The notes under the pieces are model-generated. The model made no database searches. It saw only the letters and a program-made list of their open reading frames with translations, and was not told where the DNA came from. The translations under genes were made by a program, and so were the position numbers. A DNA stretch of 64,000 bases from positions 100,475-164,474 of the forward strand of contig NIVC01001474.1 in NCBI GenBank assembly GCA_002269645.1, read 5' to 3'. Shown here piece after piece: positions 49,981 to 62,419 of this stretch (within the stretch, counting starts at the first letter, position 1; each line of letters opens with the position of its first letter). The DNA is from Macrostomum lignano. Lineage: Eukaryota.

Positions 49981-52879
49981 AATTTGGTTATGCGAACAAT
50001 CTGTCACTGCCGCGGCGTCTGATCCGTCCCCTGATACCCTCAGGGACCTTCAGAGTTTCATTTACGCCGCTGAGCAATGGGCGGATCATTGTGGTCTTAC
50101 AGCGTTTTGAGACTAAGACACCAGCAGGACCAAGTGGCAGATTCGGCCGCTCACGCTTTACGGAAAGGGAAAAGGCAAGCAGACTAAATGTCTAAGGGAT
50201 TATTACCCTGTACCACAGGCTCGTCTGGTCACCCCACGTTCAAGCAAAAGCCAAGAGGGCCCTCGCAAATCTCGCGCAGGTAACGATTGCAATCAGTTTG
50301 GTTCGGAGCTGTGCTTTGGAGTTCGATTAAATATTTCGATATTTTCTAAATCAATAGTTACTAGCGTAGTCTGACGTTGAGTAGAAGCTCGAAGCTCGAA
50401 GCTAAGTAAAACCATTGTTACGGCACTTTGTCACTATTCACATAGATTTGATTTATGAATTGAAGCTTTTCAAATGAAATGAAATGAAAAATTATTTCGC
50501 CACAGTGTCGCCACAATGGATGTACACGTCCCGTACATGCGTAATGTCAGAGCGACGCCAGAACGTTTGGGAGAATTGTTAAAATATTCTCAAAAATTCA
50601 TGGTATTTATTGCAATTATTCAGTTAGTCAATTTATTTACTAGGACCAGAAAATTTGCATTTTATTCTTCTTGAATTGTCCTTGGACAAAGCGGATGTCA
50701 ACGAAGCACCGAATGGTACGGCTGGAGTCCATTGTTCAGGCGATGTGCACCGCCCATAAAAGACAGAGTTGGCAATTAAAATCAGATTTTTGATTTCTTC
50801 CTTTTTAAATCAAGTATATTTGTAATAAAAATCTGGACTAGGCCTAGCTTAAAAATTAAAAGCTTTCCAAAGACTATAGGTCAAGAACAATATGAAAAAC
50901 AATATTGATAAATATTGTCTACATTTAATATTCTAGTCTAGTAAATATAACTAGCATTCTTGCATGGCTTAAGAGTACCTGCATGCGAATTTCTTTACAA
51001 ATATACTTGATGTAAAAAGGAAGAAAATATTCCAGCGATTGCAACTTTGCTAACTTAAGCGCAAATTTATTGTGTGGAGTGTGCATTCTAAATTAATAGA
51101 ATGGTAATTTATACTGTTGAAGAGTTTATTGGGTGGCGATGAGTCACTCAAAAATTCCCACTTCTAGACACTGGGGAACAAGTGCCTAGGAATTTGCAAA
51201 TTCGAATAACTCTTACTGCAGAGGTCTTGTAGTGTGAAGCGCTGTCTGACTTGGCTAAGCGGTGGCGGCCGGTTCCGGTGAACAGCTGTTGTCTCCTGGA
51301 GTCCTTAACTTTATCTGTGGGTCGACCAAAACGAGAGCGAATCAGAATTCTTGATGGTCCTCGAGCTCGGAATTAACAATAGAACGTGCGCCCCTATGAA
51401 CAATTGAATGCTTTGAATGCAATAGGTCCTCCTGAAGGGCGTCTTCTTCGTTACGTCCAAAACGTAACGGATAACTCAAATCAACTCAATAATCCTCTAG
51501 GAATGTATCCTAGGAAACAAGGCCTTTCTCAAATGTGTCGACAACAAGTGGCTCTCGTAAACTCAATTAATCAACTTATTAGTGCTATAGCAAAGAACTA
51601 AATCGGGTAACGCTTACCAATCTGTCCGGATTTCTTCTCTCAGAGATGGGCCTTCTTAGTTAACGATTCCAAAGTCTTCCTTGAGACCGCTCCGAGTCTG
51701 AATTTTTTACTCGGATTTTCGCTTATATTTATAGTAAAATTTTGGTGAAAACTGGTTTGAAATCCGGTTATTTATTTAGGTCATGCGTGTTTGATTAAGG
51801 GGTCATGAATGTTTGATCATCACCATATATATGGAATTAAGCAAATACAACTCTCCAGAACCAGTTCCTTTATCAAATAAACGTTGGTCCTACGTATGGC
51901 TCTGAGTCACTTCTGTTTCCACATGACTCATTCTAAAAATAGATATTTTAAAATAGAATGACGCATGATGACTCATTCTAAAAATAGATTGCGAGTTTTA
52001 ATTGATTTTCTTAGATGTTACTTGAAGTAGTGCAATACGGTATGATTAGCGGCTCTCTACACTGTCCCACATCAAATGTAAGCATGTATTGATTCTGTAA
52101 TGAAAAAGCAATTTTCTCTTATCTCTGCAGTGTTTTTTCCCAGGAAATCAGCCTCCAAAAAAGTACACAATGTTTTATAATGCAGTTGGTGTTTGAAAGA
52201 GAGTCAGGCTGGGAACGGGGCGCGCAGAGGCGCTCGGAGGTCAGAGAGGCGACAGTTCAGACACAATAGAACAAAGGCAGCGCTTATAAATAGAAACGCT
52301 ATGCAAAGCCCTCTGTGAGGTGACATGAAGGAGAATACGAGACACCTATCGTAGAATCGATAGGCCGCATAACAGCAATGGGAGGAGAGTGTGACAGAAC
52401 ATTGACCCCATTGAAACATTGTTACGAGACACTAGGAAAGGAATAGAGAAGTTGAGTGCTAACATCAAAGGGCTAATACTTCTGTATTAGATGCAGGGGT
52501 ATATGTTCAATAGTTAGAGTGAAATTATTTTCCTAGATTTTTTCCTGAGCAGAAGAGGGTCTCAGTATAAGTCTGGAGAACAAGTCTGAGTATATATCTG
52601 AGCTAGTATTTCTTACTCCTTACTGGTAGCGTAATTAGTAACCGAGCGGTCTACTATTTGGCCCGAAAGTTCTTACACATGTAAATGTGTCTCTTGGAAC
52701 AACTCTTCGTTTTGAATTTCTCAGTAGATACGCTCGTATCTAAGTATTCAATCATCCAGTCCTTAGTCGTTACGAATATTAGAGGGTCACGGCCTTCTTA
52801 ATAATGTATATGTATTTCTAAGATCGACTACGTTTCAATTCGATCTCCTTTAGTATTCTGTGTATCATTAGTAAATACA

Positions 52880-54265
52880 AAAAACAACAAAATATGCGGT
52901 GAGCGTCACAGGGCGCGCCTCAAGGCCAGGTCGCGAATGAACGCCACGCCGCCTGCCGAATCCGGGGCGCCGGCGTCAGCCAGCGGGCAGTCGAGGAAAC
53001 GCCGAGTGCGCGCCTGCCCCCGCAGGTAGGGTGCCTGCAGCAGCGTTAGCAGCGTACGACTCGTCGCGGATGATGTGGTCTTCCAGCTGGAGTCGCCGAC
53101 GGCGCAACAGGTCGCTTGGACAGACCACGACGGCGCCGTGTTGGTCACTCGCTAGTAGCCGATCTTGAAGGCGGCGCGCAGCAGGCCAGCATCATGCGAA
53201 ACGAAAGGCAGCCCAGGCAAGCCCGCGGCGACGCCGCAAATCTTCGCGGACACCGGGAACCAGACCGCCGAGGTAGACGAACTGCTGACAACGCAATAGC
53301 TCTGTCGCCTGTCCATCAGCGCCTCGGCACAAAATTGCAGCCTCGATGTCCTCCGGCACGCAGAGCACGACGATCTTCTGCGTGCACCAGACCGACACTC
53401 GCCGCAACAGCAACTAGCTTGTCCAGTTGTCGCTGGGCGCCCTCGACAGTTGAGGACAGCAGGGCGAGGTCGTCAGCGTAGCCAAGCACGCTAAGCCGCC
53501 ATTCCGGTTGACGTCGACCCACGCGTCGCCGCAACAGAAAGCCGTCGTCGTTGGTAGGAAGAGCGGTCCGCAGCACCCAGTCAAGCTCCAGAACGAACAG
53601 GAACGGCGCAAGCGTATCTCCCTGAAGCATCCCGGAGGATGTCTCAAAAAAGTCCGATAGGCCGTCCGGTGTTTAAACAGCAGCTTTCGTATCACGGTAT
53701 ATCGCCATGATGGCGGAAATCAGCTGCTCTGGCACGTACGCACGGAGCACCTTTGGGAGCACAGACCTGACGACCGAGTCGAATATGCCTTCTTGAAATC
53801 TATGAAGATAACAATCAGGATCAACTGGCGTATCCGCGCTTCCTCGATGACCCGACGAAGAGCCAGAATCTGCGTCACTGTGCCGCGATGGGGCCGAAAG
53901 CCGTTCTGCTCAGGACGCAGGTACGGATCCAGCACGGGCTGCAACCGCGATAACAGCATCCGGTTGAACAACTTCGCAGCGCAGGACTGAAGGCAGATAC
54001 CTCGATGCTCATCAAGCCTCGTGGTGCCCGCGGCTTCTTAGGAACTGCGACGATGTGCGCCGTGGTCCATTTGTTGTGTGCCACCTCACCGAAGAGCGCG
54101 CGATTCATCACTCTGGCGCCCTCACTGGCCACACAGTGGATGCTCAGCGCCTCGATGGGCACCTCGTCCGGACCCAGCGCTTTCCCGCCCGGTGACTGTA
54201 GGGCGAGCTTCACAACGTCGGCTTGTGCTGACTGGTGCTAGGCTGAAGCTCACGTCTGCCGGCAA
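52880..54265 (-). mobile_element. 5'-truncated RTE-like LINE (RT), with internal deletions
   Basis: EQNGFRPHRGTVTQILALRR, FIDFKKA, LQGDTLAPFLF and YADD; 3' end shared with the 25243 copy. Confidence 0.85.
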
Positions 54266-55235
54266 TGTATGCCGGCATTAGTATATACTGGTACAGTGTA
54301 TGATTTCCTTCTATTTCCTTCTTTGATTTTTTTTTTAAGTCTCAGAGTATTTGAAAACAGTTGAAAAGATTAACTGAAACAAGTTGAAAACAAGATACAA
54401 GGTAACAATACTCAGTGCAACAAGTTGGTTGGCTCACTAGCCACTTCGCATCTATTTATACTATCCAAAAGACCTAGTCAATATATTAATTTTGAGATAT
54501 GTATAATTAAAACAAACTAGCAGCATCATAACAAACCTAATAGTAAAATATTATTTTACAGTTCAAAAATGAACTCAACTCAAAAATGAATATTATTGTT
54601 AACTGTCAGAGCAGTTAAACAAATATTTACTAAAAACGAATTTGGCTTCTATTAGTAGCAAATAGCACAGCAACGAGGAACGCTTAGATTTCACGCAACC
54701 ATCTCTTGTAAATGAAGTAGCTAAACACTGAGGAGAGGGAGCTAATGACGAAGAATACGAATAAGCAATCAGCCCGGCGGTCGAGAGAACGGCTCTGCAG
54801 TGGAGGGAAATAGTTAATGCTCATATATAGCATTCGAAGCTCATGGGCAACGCAACGTGGATATACGTACAGAGCGAGCGAGTTAGTAGTGAATATTAAT
54901 GCCGATCAGGTAGACGAAATTGACCAAGAAAATACAGCCGCTTGAATTAACAATCACCTTGGAAACTGCGATAAATCAGCTATGCTGCTTGTTGAAAGTG
55001 GTACAAGAAACCTGAAAACTATCGAAGCTCTGATGTCCGTATCTATATTGTAAACATAATCTAAGCGTACAAAAATTGTTTATAACTCATTGTCGATAAC
55101 CCAAACCCAACGTGCCAAGCTTGTGTAAATGTGAAACAAACTATCAATTATAAGAAATTCTTTTATCAACGAAACACGAAAAAGGCATCTGAAATCATAA
55201 AATAGCCCTCCTCCTAGCTAGGAATCCTTAAACTA

Positions 55236-56117
55236 CGGGTGTCCAAAAAGTAGTGATACTTTTAACCGTAGCTCTCGTTCTATAGCTTCCTGTGATTTAA
55301 AATTTTATGAACTGATAGCGGAAAATCTCTTCTACAGACTGCTTTTTGAATTTTTAAAATTGATACCAGAGAACAAAAGTTATACCCACGAAAGTAACAG
55401 TACCTGTATCATAGAGTTACACAAATTATAGGCTGAGCTTCACGAGATCCATGCCGAGTAAGCTTCGATGAATTGTTAATTTAGGCTTGTCCAACCTGTC
55501 AGCAATCTCTCTAATGGTCAATCGGGAGTCCTCGTCAAGAAGATTCAGAATGGAGTCCGCCAGTACATCAGGTCGATGAACGTATGGCCGCCCCGTCCGA
55601 TGCTGATCTGCCAAGTCAGTCCTTCCCTCGCTGAACTGCTCCATCCATTGATAAACTGTCATTTTGCTGACCGCAGAGGATCCGTGCGCAGAGCAAAGTT
55701 TTGCGTGAATTTCTGAGGCACTATGGCCAGCACCCCAAAGAGTGAAGATGGTACTTTGCTGAGCAACAACTGAGTGCACATCCATGTGTGTTGTCGAGTA
55801 TGGGCAATGAAATCAATTGCAAAATGCAAGCTCCTCTGTTTGCAAGTAAAGTAATGAATTTAATGCTTTATTTTTCTGCAGAATGAATAAGTGCAGAAGT
55901 CGACTATCATAAATTTTGATATAGTTTGTGTAACTCTATGATACAGGTACTGTTACTTTTGTGGGTATAACTTTTGTTCTCTGGTATCAATTTTAAAAAT
56001 TCAAAAAGCAGTCTGTAGAAGAGATTTGCCGCTATCAATTCATAAAATTTTAAATCACAGGAAGCTATAGAACGAGAGCTACAGTTGAAAGTATCACTAC
56101 TTTTTGGACACCCCTCG
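55236..56117 (-). mobile_element. Mariner/Tc1 internally deleted derivative with ~195-bp TIRs and TA target duplications
   Basis: TIR arms ~55236-55430 and ~55920-56117 (end CGAGGGGTGTCC); TA at 55234-55235 and 56118-56119. ORF 55785-55426 encodes a mariner HTH (SASEIH..L...G..AVS..TVYQW..QF.EGR..L.D..RTGRP). Confidence 0.88.
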
Positions 56118-56407
56118 TAATCAAGAGACACATCTATGCGACCGAAAGGTAAAATATTCTCGAAGATATAGTTCACGGCATGGTATATTTATTTATTTTA
56201 GTTCTTAGTCAAACAGATAGTACAAATTTGATGCCAACTTTAATCGTTAGTTTTTATCATAAAACAGTAAAAATTGTCAACGGTAAGTGGTGCGAGGTTA
56301 TTTGCTTATATTCAAAAGTTCAGCTTAGTAATAAGGATACTAAGGAGAAGATGTGATGTTGTAAAACTCGAACATCCAGCTTCTTTTTCTTGAGTCAAGT
56401 CGACCCG

Positions 56408-57222
56408 TCAGAGCAGACACGGCGGTGCGGTGGACGGCCCAACCAGCTGCACCTCCGCTCGACCGTTCGGCTCCGAGTTCGCTCCGCTCGTCCTCACGAC
56501 GCTCGTCGCCTCGGTCGCTACGAAGCTGCCGCCGCCGCCGCCACCCCCGCAATTGCCCGAGCCGCCGCCGCCGCCCGAGAAGCCGCCGCCTCCGCCCCCG
56601 CCGGAGCTGCTGCCGCCGCCGCCGCCTCCGCCGCCGCCGCCGTAGCCGCCAAACGCGTCGTCGCCGTCGCCGCCGCTCCAGCTGCTGCCGAAGCTCTCAC
56701 CGCCGTGGCCCTTCTTACCGCCGGAGCCGTCGTCGCCTGCCGACCACCAACCGGCACCGGCGCCGCCGTTTCCTTTGCCCGATGTCCTCGCTTGGCCGCC
56801 GTTGCCGTCTGTACCGCCAGCGCCCGCTCCGTCGCCGTCGCCGCTGGTCCCGGGCTGGTCGCTGCTTCCGTCGATTCCGTCGCAGCCGTCACCGGAGCCG
56901 CTGCCGCCGCCGCCGCCGGCCGCGACCAGCGGCAGCGCTGACGACGTGTCGATACCGTCGACATGGACGAAGGTGCCACCGCTGCCGCCAGCGGCGTCAT
57001 TTCCACCGCCAAGCTTGTCGCTGCCGACCTTGCCAACGATAATCGCCAACGTGACTCCGGCGTCCAGTCTGAAGTAGCCAGATGCGAGGGCTCCCTTGCC
57101 GCCGACCGTGGAGCCGCCGGCGCTGCCGCCTCGAGCGCCCCAAGCGCTGATCTTGTAGCAGCCGGTGGTGTCGATCGGATGGGTCACGATGCTGCCCGTC
57201 TGGGTGGTCGCAGCCGCCGGGG
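56408..57222 (-). CDS. Copy C exon 2: ALK/LTK-type glycine-rich domain (intact)
   Basis: Acceptor AATGCAG ends at 57223; full motif set including PLVAAGGGGG. Confidence 0.85.
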
Positions 57223-57366
57223 CTGCATTGGATTCAGCGAGCTGGTTGCTTTTTAAATTAGATCAAACAACGATGAGATTTCGACTACTTTGTATCTCAA
57301 CACTTGCATGTAGGGAAAATATTTCTGTGTTTTAAATGCAATTGAGTCTTAAGCTCAATAACTCAC

Positions 57367-58165
57367 CGGTCAACACTTGCGGGGCAGCAGTCGGAGTTGT
57401 GGTCGTTGTTGTTGTCGGAGTTGTGGTTGTTGTTGTTGTCGGAGTTGTGGTTGTTGTTGTTGTTGTCGGAGTTGTGGTTGTTGTTGTTGTCGGAGTTGTG
57501 GTTGTTGTTGTTGTCGGAGTTGTGGTTGCTGTTGTTGTCGGAGTTTTGGTCGTTGTTGTCGAAGTTGTGGTTGTTGTTGTCGGAGTTGTGGTTGTTGCTG
57601 TCGGAGTTGTCGTTGTTGTTGTTGGAGTTGTTGTTGTTGGAGTTGTCGTTGTTGTTATTGGAGTTGTGGTTGTTGGAGTTGTCGTTGTTGTTGTCGGAGT
57701 TGTGGTTGTTGTTGTTGGAGTTGTGGTTGTTGGAGTTGTCGTTGTTGTTGGAGTTGTGGTCGTTGTGGTCGAATCGGTCTTCGTTGTTGTCGGACTGCAT
57801 TCAGGCCGCTTATCCAGCAGCTGTGTCAGACAGCCCAAGCCCGACTTCCACTTATCGGCGAGGTCGCACGAGGAGCCGAGCACGCACTTTCCGCTGCTCA
57901 GCGTCACCGAGCCGACCGTGTCTCCCGGATGCAGCATCTGGAACACGGAGCAACTCAGCCGCCCTCTGGCTGCGCATTCCACTGCGCAGATCCGATAATC
58001 CGTGACCCCGGAGACCTCCTTGAACGTGGCATTGGTTGCACCTGGAAGGGGCAGTTCGACAGCGCAGAGGTTGACAGTCGGCACCGTGAAGGTGGCGCAG
58101 CGGACAGACTGGCAGCAGAGGGCGGACAGCAGGGCCAGCAGAGCTGCACTGCTAGCTGCAGTCAT
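57367..58165 (-). CDS. Copy C exon 1: signal peptide, PAN-like domain, ~140-aa Thr-rich stalk
   Basis: Donor G|GTGAGT at 57366; TATAAA at 58254-58249; the spliced CDS is 1614 nt and in frame. Confidence 0.82.
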
Positions 58166-58967
58166 GGTGCAACTTGGATTTTGGATTCCGGAGTTGAGCT
58201 TGTGTGAGCAGTCAAGAGCTGTGATGAGTTGCCTGTCTTTACTGCAGGTTTATAGCGGCGGCTCCCGCTTCTGTGCATGGGGTTGGCGGCACGGGGTGAG
58301 GCAAATCACTGGGCCACCAGTTGCCAGTGGAAACGGCCACTAACAACTATTGCGGGGGTGGCAGGTTGCTGTCTGGCGATCTAAAAGAAGTATCTGGAGT
58401 CGCAGAGCAGTTTCTCCTCATTCATTTTTATAGATTTGAATAAGCTGCATGTTCTGTATGTCACAGATGCATGTGATACCATGACAGCTACATGCAGTCT
58501 TAAAATACGAAATTTACGATTTTTTCCTCTATAGTCTTCATCACAAAATGATATGGTGGAACAGCTTATTTTAAATTACCAATTTTACTCGTTAAATGCA
58601 AGTAATTTTGTATGTATTCAAATTTAATAGTTGTAAAATTCCTGTCGAAACCAGAAAAACAGTCCAGAGTCTGGGTTCAATAAAAATCCTTGGACTCAAA
58701 CCCGCAGCTGCTGGGAGGGGGGTTGGGAGAGAGAATTGATGACGGCCGGTATTTCGCAGTGAGCAGAGAGTTAGTTGGATGGGGATCAGGGAATCTAGTC
58801 GCAATGAAAAGCCAAGTTTTGGGATCGCAGGGAACATTTAGCAGCATTAGGGGAACAAGGTTGGACAGAGAGAGTCAGGGATATCTAGGAAAGGCTGAAG
58901 ATATCAAGTGGACTGGAAGCTTGAGTACCACAAAAAAGATGAGGCGCCTACAAAACAGACAGAAGGA

Positions 58968-58974
58968 CAGACAC

Positions 58975-59013
<39 letters not shown>

Positions 59014-59014
59014 C

Positions 59015-59053
<39 letters not shown>

Positions 59054-59084
59054 CATAGACAGACACATAGACAGACAGACAGAA

Positions 59085-59117
<33 letters not shown>
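58968..59117. repeat. (GACA)n microsatellite
   Basis: Read directly. Confidence 0.95.
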
Positions 59118-59324
59118 GGGTGAGATTTCCTAGCTTCTAGGGGTGAGATTTCCTAGCTTCTAGGGGTGAGATTTCCTAGCTTCTAGGGGTGAGATTTCCT
59201 AGCTTCTAGGGGTGAGATTTCCTAGCTTCTAGGGGTGAGATTTCCCAGCTTCTAGAATGAGATTTCCTACCTTCTAGAAGTGAGATTTCCTAGCTTCTAG
59301 GGGTGAGATTCCACCCCTAGAAGC
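59118..59324. repeat. 23-bp minisatellite (TGAGATTTCCTAGCTTCTAGGGG)n ending in an inverted part-unit
   Basis: Read directly. Confidence 0.9.
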
Positions 59325-60080
59325 GCTGGAACCAGCGTCAGCGCTGGTTCCAAGGACGATTTTGGGTCAGGTTGCGCCAAGCTGGGTTTCCAGTCCATTG
59401 GCGCTTTGCCTAGTAGTCCCTGGCCAACGGCTACTGCTGAGCTCCTGCTGACAGGCTTTAACAATGGAATTGAGAAAATTTTGATACAAAAAACTCAAGA
59501 GGAAAGATTTTAAATTAGTTTTATTTCTACGTTCCTAGAGTTATCTTATAGCATTTTTTGCTAATTAATAATTTATCAAGGCCCGCCTCAGGCAGGCTTG
59601 GCGATTTTTGAGCTATTTTTAAAGATCAAGAATTTCTTAGAAAGCATCTTAGCCAATTAGCCAATTCGTTTTGCGGTCGTACTATAAAAATCTATAAATG
59701 ATCACAAATTCTGCTTTAGAGAAATTTAAGTGTATTTTTCAAGTACATCGTGTGCTTCGTGCAGACACTTGGATATGAGCTGGGAGCTGTATGCTAGAGT
59801 ACAAAAGTAAACTCATGATTCTTAGAAATATGCTTGAAGACATAAAAAACTTGCATTCAGGACGCAATATAGAATAAATACTTGCAGGAGCTTTGCATTG
59901 TTAAGCGGAGACAAAGGCAGAATCTTTTTTAGTAACACTAATAAAATCACTGCTGGTCATACCGTACGACGTATTTTAGGCTAAATATAAACGTTGAGAT
60001 GTTCTCAAATTTAGCTATTAAGGAAAGCAATTGTAAAACTAATGTGCCAGCTGTCCTCTTGTCAGCATCAGCGACGGCCG

Positions 60081-60150
<70 letters not shown>

Positions 60151-60199
60151 CAGACAGACAGACAGACAGACAGACAGTCAGACAGACAGACAGACAGAC

Positions 60200-60294
<95 letters not shown>

Positions 60295-60322
60295 CAGACA
60301 GACAGACAGACAGACAGACAGA
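60081..60322. repeat. (GACA)n microsatellite
   Basis: Read directly. Confidence 0.95.
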
Positions 60323-60593
60323 TGAGACTGTCCAAGCAGGCACAGCTGAGAGGCTAGAGCGGCATTAAAATGAATTACATGTATATAAGTGCAAGCCTAA
60401 GACAAATAAAAAAATCAGGCGCAGTTGCTGGGGCCACAGGTGCGCGATAGGGGCATTGGGCAAGGTGCAGAAAGACAAACACGGATTTCTAAACATAAAT
60501 ACCTGGGTAAGTCAGTCGGTAAAATAACAAATCGATGAGTCATAGTAGGATCTGAAGCCACACCGAATGGTCTGGCAGGTAAGAAGCTGGTAA

Positions 60594-60662
60594 TTATCTG
60601 GTCAGAGAGGAGATCACGGCCGAAGCCATCTCAAAGAACTGCATGATGTAGCTGTAGTTGGG
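60594..60662 (-). CDS. PRKAA: AMPK catalytic alpha subunit, last exon
   Basis: Acceptor TTTCAG; PNYSYIMQFFEMASAVISSLTR* resembles the AMPK C-terminal helix (HTxEFFEMCAxLI). Confidence 0.85.
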   Translation of the reverse strand, partial: PNYSYIMQFFEMASAVISSLTR

Positions 60663-60715
60663 CTGAAATGGAAGCAAAAACAGTTTGAATTTTTTAGACA
60701 CAATCATCTCAATCG

Positions 60716-61010
60716 ATAGATATTCAGTCACACAATGACACAAGTTGGTAGATATTCAGTCACACAATTATACAAGTTGGTAGATATTCAGTCACACAAT
60801 GATACAAGTTGGTAGATATTCCGTCACACAATGATCTCAATCGATAGATATTCAGTCACACAATGACACAAGTTGGTAGATATTCAGTCACAATGATATA
60901 AGTTGGTAGATATTCAGTCACACAATGATATAAGTTGGTAGATATTCAGTCACAATCATATAGGTCGGTAGATATTCAGTCACACAATGGTATAAGTTGG
61001 TAGATACTCA
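60716..61010. repeat. 32-bp intronic minisatellite (GTAGATATTCAGTCACACAATGATACAAGTTG)n
   Basis: Read directly. Confidence 0.9.
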
Positions 61011-61083
61011 GAACACTCACAGAAAGAGGGAAGGAGAGCCAGTCCACCCCAGTATCGCAGGGTGGCACAGTCTTGTCGCAGAC

Positions 61084-61365
61084 CTCGCAGCCTCCAATGC
61101 CAGTGACGCCAGGGTCACAGGCAGCCGCAGCGGCCGCCTCAGAAGCTGGAGACATCTCCCTGTCCTTCGGGTTGCCAGGCAGAACCAGCCGGAAGTCGAG
61201 CAGGAAGCTGCTGTCCTTCTCAACCATAAACAGTTGCAAACTCATCTTAGCAAAGCTGCCTGGCGCCAAGTCGGCTTCTGAGGAGTTCAAACGACGCCGA
61301 ACTCTCAGACGGAAATCGTTGAGCACTTTCCATTCGAAATTGTTCTCTGATAGGGCCTTGTACAC
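61084..61365 (-). CDS. PRKAA: AMPK alpha exon (C-terminal beta-subunit-binding domain)
   Basis: VYKAL...FEWKVLNDFRLRVRR...KMSLQLF.V....FLLDFR; 282 nt, phase 0 at both ends. Confidence 0.9.
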
Positions 61366-61392
61366 CTGGGGATGGCATTGATGGGTGGATTG

Positions 61393-62045
61393 GAGTGTGA
61401 CTCTCAGGTAGATCACACCTGATGGAGTGTGACTCTCAGGTAGATCACAGCTGATGGAGTGTGACTCTCAGGTAGATCACAGCTGATGGAGTGTGACTCT
61501 CAGGTAGATCACACCTGATGGAGTGTGACTCTCAGGTAGATCACAACTGATGGAGTGACTCTCAGGTAGATTAGATCTGATGGGATGTAACTGTCAGGTA
61601 GATCAAATCTGATGGAGTGACTCTTAGGTAGATCGGATCTGATGAGGTGTGACTCTCAGGTAGATCACAGATGGTGATGGAGTATGACTCTCAGGTAGAT
61701 CACAGCTGATGGAGTGTGACTCTCAGGTAGATCACACCTGATAGAGAGTGACTCTCAGGTAGATCACAGCTGATGGAGTGTGACTTCCAGGTAGATCACA
61801 CCTGATGGAGAGTGACTCTCAGGTAGATCGGATCTGATGGAGTGTGACTCTCAGGTAGATCAAATCTGATGGAGTGACTCTCAGGTAGATCACAGGTGAT
61901 GATGGAGTGACTCTCAGGTAGATTAGATCTGATGGGGTGTGACTCTCAGGTAGATCACAGATGATGATGGAGTGACTCTCAGGTAGATCGGATCTGATGG
62001 AGTGTGACTCTCAGGTAGATCACAGATGGTGATGGAGTGTGACTT
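61393..62045. repeat. ~32-bp intronic minisatellite (CAGGTAGATCACAGCTGATGGAGTGTGACTCT)n
   Basis: Read directly. Confidence 0.9.
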
Positions 62046-62106
62046 TCAAACTGGGTGTGAACATACGATAATTAAGCAAGCAAAGCAGTGCACCCAGGCG
62101 CGGTAC

Positions 62107-62418
62107 CTCCTGCATAATATCGTACGGTCCGCTCTGACTCCTCAATCCCAGATGCCATTTCGCTCTGGCACCGCGGCTAGAGGTGGCGACCTCCAGGTTG
62201 CGGGACATTGGCACCCCGCCCTGCATCCGCTCCGGATGCTGCTTGCTGGCCGCAGTGGCGAACCCGCTGCCCGCGGATGATCCTGTCGGGGTGCTGACTG
62301 TCGATGCAGCGATACTAGAGGCAGCATCGACGGATGCAACGGCGGCGCTGCGCTGCTGGTCACCGCTTGTCTCCTCCGCTACGTAAAAGTTTCTGACTCG
62401 CTCGCGCCTGACTGCGGC
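62107..62418 (-). CDS. PRKAA: AMPK alpha exon (linker, alpha-RIM region, start of the CTD)
   Basis: NFYVA, HPERM and AKWHLGLRSQSGPYDIMQE; 312 nt, phase 0 at both ends. Confidence 0.9.
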
Positions 62419-62419
62419 C

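Noticed and set aside
50961-50972. TGCATGGCTTAA as an 18S rRNA 5' fragment (also ~22444)
   Set aside because: The match is only ~12 nt and the flanks do not continue the rRNA sequence.
56408-56420. C-terminal CLL/CVL of the glycine-rich proteins as a CaaX prenylation signal
   Set aside because: The Cys is third, not fourth, from the end and the proteins have signal peptides; a disulfide role is more plausible.
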